A DNA stretch of 11,493 bases, from positions 1 to 11,493 of the forward strand of contig JBBRNJ010000137.1 of NCBI GenBank assembly GCA_038230375.1, given 5' to 3'. The first letter of the stretch is position 1. The number at the start of each line of letters is the position of its first letter. Shown here piece by piece: positions 7,703 to 11,493 of the stretch. The translations under genes and the position numbers were made by a program. Below the pieces are notes generated by a model that ran no database searches, was not told the origin of the DNA, and worked only from the letters and a program-made list of their open reading frames with translations. This stretch comes from Polyangiales bacterium (lineage in GTDB: Bacteria; Myxococcota_A; Polyangia; Polyangiales; Polyangiaceae).

Positions 7703-7787
7703 ACGAGTGACGCACGGCGTCTGTTGCTCGCGGCCGCCAGTGGTCCCCGGATACGCCGGGTATTGTCCCGTTGCCACGGTGCGATTG
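7703..7787 (+). repeat. Structured 85-bp direct repeat, copy 1
   Basis: ACGAGTGACGCACGGCGTCTGTTGCTCGCGGCCGCCAGTGGTCCCCGGATACGCCGGGTATTGTCCCGTTGCCACGGTGCGATTG; 80/85 identical to 11409-11493 with no gaps. Confidence 0.95.
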
Positions 7788-7854
7788 ATACGTAGATTCG
7801 AGCCTGGGACGGCGACATCGCGCAGTAGTGTTAAGTTGAGAGGATGGGAGCGTC

Positions 7855-7908
7855 CGCGCCAACGAGATCCTCCGCAAAGGTCCGCGATTTTCGCCCAGGC
7901 GGAGCTCG
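7855..7908 (+). mobile_element. IS3-family (IS51/IS6110-like) transposase orfA C-terminal remnant with a 1-nt deletion
   Basis: cgc gcc aac gag atc ctc cgc aaa g-g tcc gcg att ttc gcc cag gcg gag ctc g reads RANEILRK(A)SAIFAQAEL, matching the conserved orfA end RANEILRKASAYFAQAELD of this IS3 subgroup. No orfB or terminal inverted repeats were seen. Confidence 0.7.
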
Positions 7909-7924
7909 CGCAGCGTCTACGGCC

Positions 7925-9325
7925 TCAGTAGGTCAATTTGATCTTGTAGACCTTATTCTTCGTCGACGCTGCGACGTAGAGGTTGTCCTGACTGTCCCAT
8001 GCGAAGTCGGAGATGATGGGGTAGCTCACGTTTTCCACGGACGGTACGTCGACCTGCCATTCGGCGACCTGCGTGAACTCGCCGTTGGCGTCCAGCTGGG
8101 TCGTGAAGAACCGGACGGAGCCGGTGTACATGTCGGAGATAATCAGATTGCCGTACTTGTCTATCGCGAGCGCGAACGGCTTCTCCGCTGCGCCCGTCAG
8201 GTGGTTCAGGACACCAGCCTGCATCACGCCCTTCTCGTCGAAGACGGACAGGACCGGATCGCTGGTGTCGTCGACGACGTAGATCTTGTTGCCTTGCCAC
8301 ACGAAGTGCCTTGGCGACGAGAAGATGCCCGGGCTTGTGCTGTGCGCCACGCTCGATTGCGGCTGGAGCGTGCCGCCTTCGGCGCCCGCGTCGTGGTAGC
8401 CGGTGGTGGTCAAGGCGGTCTGCGCGTCGAACGCGCCCCCGAGCCATCCCGCACCGAGCCCCGTGCTCATGTCGAGTACGTCGATCGCGTCGTACTGGCC
8501 GTGGGGGTCGAAGCCCGGATAGTTCCAGTACCAGTTGCCGACCCAGATCTGGTTGCCGTGCAGCCGCACGCAGCTTGGCCACTGGAAGCCGCCGACCAGC
8601 GGGCCTGCATACGTGTCGGTGCCGCCGCCTGATCGCCACCCAAAGCCGTTTGCGCCGCCGGGGCCGTGGCCCGTCCAGCGGATGGGCATGAAGGCCGTAT
8701 CGAACTCCTGAACACGCCAGTCGTCGACGACGAACATGTGACCGTCGGCGCCAAAGGTCATGCCGCGAATCATGTTGAAGGCGCCAGCCCCGAACGAGTA
8801 CTGGGCAATCGCCGCGGAGGCGGGCGTGTGCAAGCCAAAGGTCGCGTCCGAGCCAGCGCCCACCCAGCCGGTGTACGTGCCCGCGCTGTCGAACTGCAGG
8901 ATGCGCGCTTCGCCGGGCGAGATGTCAACGCTGTAGTCGCGAGTCGCAAGATAGAGCGTGTGCGTGTCCTGCGCGTCGGTTCTCTGGGACACGTAGAGGT
9001 TGTCCGCGGAGTCCACCGCGAGCGCGTACGGCGCCTTGAACGCATGGGCGACCTCCCCGACGATCGTGTAGCCGACGACGGGATGGATGGGCCCGGCCTC
9101 ATGCGCGTCCGCTGCAGCACCTGCATCGCTGACATCGCTCGCCTTTCCACCGTCCGTGGGCGCACCGGTGGCGTCCGGCGATGCGATGGTGCCGTCGTAC
9201 TGGATCACCGCGCCGTCCACCGCGGGAGCCGCGTCTGTACCCGCGCCACCGCACGCGCTCGCAAGCAGGAGACCGGCTCCGGTCACACAAGACACGGCGC
9301 CGAACGTGCGAAGCTTGGAAGGCAT
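7925..9325 (-). CDS. Secreted lipoprotein with an NHL-type beta-propeller domain
   Basis: Signal peptide and lipobox MPSKLRTFGAVSCVTGAGLLLASA/CGG, then a D/A/G-rich linker, then repeated blades: FKAPYALAVDSADNLYVS, FNMIRGMTFGADGHMFVVD, FQWPSCVRLHGNQIWVG, FSSPRHFVWQGNKIYVVD, KPFALAIDKYGNLIISD, DFAWDSQDNLYVA. Start ATG 9325 is preferred over 9340 because TGcTAGGGT (extended -10-like) ends 5 nt before it. Confidence 0.88.
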   Translation of the reverse strand: MPSKLRTFGAVSCVTGAGLLLASACGGAGTDAAPAVDGAVIQYDGTIASPDATGAPTDGGKASDVSDAGAAADAHEAGPIHPVVGYTIVGEVAHAFKAPYALAVDSADNLYVSQRTDAQDTHTLYLATRDYSVDISPGEARILQFDSAGTYTGWVGAGSDATFGLHTPASAAIAQYSFGAGAFNMIRGMTFGADGHMFVVDDWRVQEFDTAFMPIRWTGHGPGGANGFGWRSGGGTDTYAGPLVGGFQWPSCVRLHGNQIWVGNWYWNYPGFDPHGQYDAIDVLDMSTGLGAGWLGGAFDAQTALTTTGYHDAGAEGGTLQPQSSVAHSTSPGIFSSPRHFVWQGNKIYVVDDTSDPVLSVFDEKGVMQAGVLNHLTGAAEKPFALAIDKYGNLIISDMYTGSVRFFTTQLDANGEFTQVAEWQVDVPSVENVSYPIISDFAWDSQDNLYVAASTKNKVYKIKLTY

Positions 9326-9437
9326 CCGTGACCCTAGCATTCACCGAGCAACACGTGGCCAGCGGACCGTGCGTCTCATCGACTGTTCACTTGCGACGGC
9401 ACGATGCATGGCCCGCGCCACCGCGTGCGGGGGCGTC

Positions 9438-9602
9438 CTAGCGCGCTTGCTTCACGAGCGCGTCGGTGTTGGCCTCGTACGGTGTAGTACGCCTGACCCA
9501 GTATATGTAGTTTGCATCCAATGCGATGGTGGACGTGAACGGTGAGTGCGTTGACGGGGCGCCGCCAGCCTCGTCGACCGTGAGGTTGTCGCACGTGACG
9601 GA
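9438..9602 (-). pseudogene. 3' fragment of a beta-propeller protein (last blade plus stop codon)
   Basis: Manual translation: SVTCDNLTVDEAGGAPSTHSPFTSTIALDANYIYWVRRTTPYEANTDALVKQAR*. IALDANYIYW is the IAVD..xVYW blade motif and LVKQAR* is a typical end for such proteins. No start codon belongs to it. Confidence 0.55.
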
Positions 9603-9720
9603 GCCCGATCGCCCAGGCGGCCCAGAGGCGTTCCGGAGCGTCCCCTCGTCAGTCCACGACCTGCCGGAGGGTGGCCTCGTCGAGCTCGAGGACGTTCACA
9701 AAACGCTCGAATCGGTGCAC
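9598..9720 (-). pseudogene. 5' fragment of a helical hypothetical protein with an internal stop
   Basis: From GTG 9720: MHRFERFVNVLELDEATLRQVVD*RGDAPERLWAAWAIGLR. The sequence is protein-like with GC3-rich codons on both sides of TGA 9651-9649 and stops abruptly at ~9600. The family was not securely identified. Confidence 0.4.
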
Positions 9721-9729
9721 GATAGGACA

Positions 9730-9786
9730 TTACCACATCGAGGTGAGGACGATGTCATCGAAGTAGAACGGGCTTTTCGCGACGAT
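9730..9786 (-). pseudogene. Very short 3' gene fragment (IVAKSPFYFDDIVLTSMW*), paralogous to the end of the + strand fragment at ~9995-10033
   Basis: Aligns without gaps to PVYLDDVVVTVEW on the opposite strand (7 of 13 residues identical). Confidence 0.45.
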
Positions 9787-9789
9787 TCA

Positions 9790-10039
9790 CTTGCGGCACC
9801 TGCAAGCACGTGGTCGCATCCGGTTCGGAGTGGATGTTAATCGACGCGACCTATGGATGGGCACCGGGGCGTTCATCATCGGCATGGGCGGCGACACGCC
9901 TTGCTCCGGCACGAACGTGAAGTACGTAATCGGAACGCTGCCCCTGGACCTCTTGGTCACGCTCGGCGTCAACTTCGCGACCGCCGGCAACACGCCGGTC
10001 TACCTGGACGACGTGGTCGTTACCGTGGAGTGGTCGTGC
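9790..10039 (+). pseudogene. 3' fragment of a beta-sandwich (ConA/jelly-roll-like) secreted protein, frameshifted and with its stop lost
   Basis: LAAPASTWS(H)/IRFGVDV...LLVTLGVNFATAGNTPVYLDDVVVTVEW. The W.HI.F.V ... LG ... VY.DDV.V pattern is typical of jelly-roll C-termini. There is an apparent frameshift at ~9817, and TGG TCG stands where the paralogue has TGG TAA. Confidence 0.5.
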
Positions 10040-10068
10040 GGCGAGCGAACCGGCCGCAGAGGATGGCA

Positions 10069-10650
10069 ATGCGTCGAGTGAGCGTCTGCGCCATCGTGCT
10101 CACTGGTTGCACGGCGGCGTGCGAGCAACAATTCCTGCTGGTCGCCAATCCCGGAACGCAGATGAGCCTCCGGGGCTCCGAGCCGGTCTCACGCGTCCCC
10201 GCCGCGACCATTGACGGGACGAGCCCGCATGCGTTCGATGATCCTGCGGTTCACTTTCCGAGCGGCACCGACTTTCCCTACTGGCGTGAAGGAGACTGGG
10301 TCGCGTCCACGGGTCCTCTTCACGTGAACGTTGGCCCCGAGACCACGGCCGTCGAGTTCGTGATCCACCCCGGGCACCGAAACGTGCCTCTCGCGCTGGA
10401 GGTGGACAGCAGCGGGATCTGTGACCTCCGCACGAGAGCTCGGCCGCCGCGGGACGTTGGCTACTTCGTGATGGCGGCGAGCGCCATCTTGCTCGGTACG
10501 AGCGTCATCGCGCGGCCTTGGATGAAGGACGAACGAGGCGCCGTCTACGCGGGCGCAGGCGCGCTCGTTGGCTTCGGGGTCGGCGCCACGCTCGCACTCT
10601 GGCCTGCAGGGGCCGGGGCATCCGTCGTGCATCGCGACTGCCGACCGTGA
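10069..10650 (+). CDS. Hypothetical lipoprotein / membrane protein (193 aa) with two C-terminal TM helices
   Basis: AGAGG (10058-10062) lies 6 nt before ATG 10069. MRRVSVCAIVLTG/C is lipobox-like; a beta-rich middle is followed by hydrophobic VGYFVMAASAILLGTSVIA and AVYAGAGALVGFGVGATLALW. Codons are GC3-rich. The track's 9853 start is likely spurious. Confidence 0.65.
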   Translation: MRRVSVCAIVLTGCTAACEQQFLLVANPGTQMSLRGSEPVSRVPAATIDGTSPHAFDDPAVHFPSGTDFPYWREGDWVASTGPLHVNVGPETTAVEFVIHPGHRNVPLALEVDSSGICDLRTRARPPRDVGYFVMAASAILLGTSVIARPWMKDERGAVYAGAGALVGFGVGATLALWPAGAGASVVHRDCRP

Positions 10651-10726
10651 GCCCCAGACTGCGCTTGTTCTTGTTCCGTCACCGCCGCGCGCTGAGGTAG
10701 AGCGTCGCTTCGTTTGGCGAGTGCGT

Positions 10727-10906
10727 GGACACTTCATAGTCGCATTGCGGTGAGACGTGTTTGGAGACCTACAGAGCCGTGTGAGCGCTGACCCGTTCGT
10801 CGAGAATGATGTGGTGAAGTCCGAGATCCAGGAGATCTTGCCATCGAGGACTGACCCGCGCCTTGGCTTCCTCGCTGTTGCCGAGGACACGGGTTTGGCG
10901 CGTTGA
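10727..10906 (+). pseudogene. 3' half of a YciI-like protein, degenerate
   Basis: Not in the ORF track. GDLQSRVSADPFVENDVVKSEIQEILPSRTDPRLGFL...* (10763-10906) matches the YciI-type C-terminal pattern L..RV..DPFV...VV..EI.EI.P...D.RL.FL. The upstream GHFIVA is cut off by an in-frame TGA (10751-10753) and the N-terminal half is absent. Confidence 0.6.
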
Positions 10907-10912
10907 ACCATT

Positions 10913-10954
10913 GTTTTGTCGCATCGGGACTGGCGAGTCCCCTGTCGACAAAAC
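10913..10954. repeat. Long imperfect inverted repeat (42-nt hairpin)
   Basis: GTTTTGTCG (10913-21)/CGACAAAAC (10946-54) forms a perfect 9-bp outer stem. GGGACT (10926-31)/AGTCCC (10936-41) forms a 6-bp inner stem with a GGCG loop. Confidence 0.8.
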
Positions 10955-11079
10955 TAGTGAGCGTCGGCTCGCGAAGTGTGGACGAAAGGGTGAATGCGTG
11001 CGTGTCCGCGAAACCAAGTTGGGCATGCAAAGAAGCTTCAGAGCTGGCCCGTTCGCTTTCGGACTGTTCGTAGGCGGCG

Positions 11080-11224
11080 CGTGCGGAAACGAAAAGTGCC
11101 GGTTCCCGCGCTGCAGTTGTTCGCGGTCTTTTTCGCCGCTGGCAAGCGCGCGAGCGTCCTCATCGCGAGAGCGTTGCTTCTCTCGGCGGCGTTCATCCAG
11201 GTCTAGGCGCTCGTCCTCGGCCAT
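11080..11224 (-). pseudogene. Small charged helical protein, probably a remnant with its native stop lost
   Basis: MAEDERLDLDERRREKQRSRDEDARALASGEKDREQLQRGNRHFSFP resembles, from my recall, a ~60-aa myxobacterial family (EKQ.SRD.DARALASGEK.REQL.REN..F.F) often found next to nucleotidyltransferase genes. The rest of the 151-aa track ORF is not protein-like and is antisense to the YciI scrap. Confidence 0.4.
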
Positions 11225-11408
11225 GAGGTAGTGGTACGTCGTGGTGCTGAGCGGCGCGACTCGACACGGGCGCGGCCGAACCGGGGTGTCTCGCGAACCC
11301 TCTTAGTTCTACTGCGGGAAGTTGCGCCCCAGTTCTCAGTTCCGTTCGGGCTTTGCGCGCGGCAGCGTGAAAAACGCGGCGGGGCCGCTGTCAGGGCCCC
11401 TGAAGCGA

Positions 11409-11493
11409 ACGAGCGACGCTTGGCGTCTGTTGCTCGCTGCCGCCAGTGGTCCCCGGATACGCCGGGTATTGTCCCGTTGCCACGGCGCGATTG
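11409..11493 (+). repeat. Structured 85-bp direct repeat, copy 2 (truncated by the window end)
   Basis: ACGAGCGACGCTTGGCGTCTGTTGCTCGCTGCCGCCAGTGGTCCCCGGATACGCCGGGTATTGTCCCGTTGCCACGGCGCGATTG; identity with copy 1 continues to the last base of the window. Confidence 0.95.

Noticed and set aside
7703..7787. Canonical integron attC site or CRISPR repeat
   Set aside because: There are no properly placed RYYYAAC/GTTRRRY boxes and no intI. The unit is 85 bp with 3.6 kb between copies, which does not fit a CRISPR array.
7790..7812. T-loop-like GATTCGAGCC as a tRNA 3' remnant or att site
   Set aside because: There is no T-stem, acceptor stem or CCA, and the match to GGTTCGAATCC is poor.
9381..9800. 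Short direct repeat TTCACTTGCG at 9386 and 9786 bracketing the minus-strand fragments
   Set aside because: It has only a 10-bp exact core with gapped flanks. Many 10-mer matches are expected by chance in 11.5 kb.
7703..11493. DGR template/variable repeat pair: every one of the five mismatches involves an A on the minus strand, and an FGE/CLec-fold gene is nearby
   Set aside because: The A is in copy 1 at two sites and in copy 2 at three, so neither copy is a template. Neither copy lies in a gene 3' end, there is no match to the FGE gene, most adenines are unchanged, and no RT is present.

Overview
High-GC window whose gene content (membrane-anchored Hanks-type kinase, lipoprotein with a D/A/G-rich linker, FGE-like protein, hybrid kinase) suggests a myxobacterium, probably Polyangiaceae-like; this is inference. 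The left end holds a ferritin-like diiron gene running off the window (absent from the ORF track) and a multi-TM Ser/Thr kinase. From about 2.3 kb onward the window looks like an accessory, decaying region. Intact genes there are a GlxA-type AraC regulator, an FGE/SUMF1-fold protein, a GAF-HisKA-HATPase-REC hybrid kinase, an NHL-type beta-propeller lipoprotein and a small membrane lipoprotein. They are interspersed with gene scraps: a truncated chimeric CheR, an IS3-family orfA scrap, a YciI-like 3' end, and four abutting fragments at 9.4-10.0 kb, two of them paralogous C-termini in inverted orientation. The most striking non-coding signal is an 85-bp direct repeat (7703-7787 and 11409-11493, 80/85 identical; the second copy is cut by the window edge). 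All five of its differences are compatible with one two-hairpin fold, and it brackets a 3.6-kb cargo and fragment segment. No integrase, reverse transcriptase, intact transposase, tRNA or CRISPR array is visible, so the mechanism behind the repeat cannot be assigned from this window.
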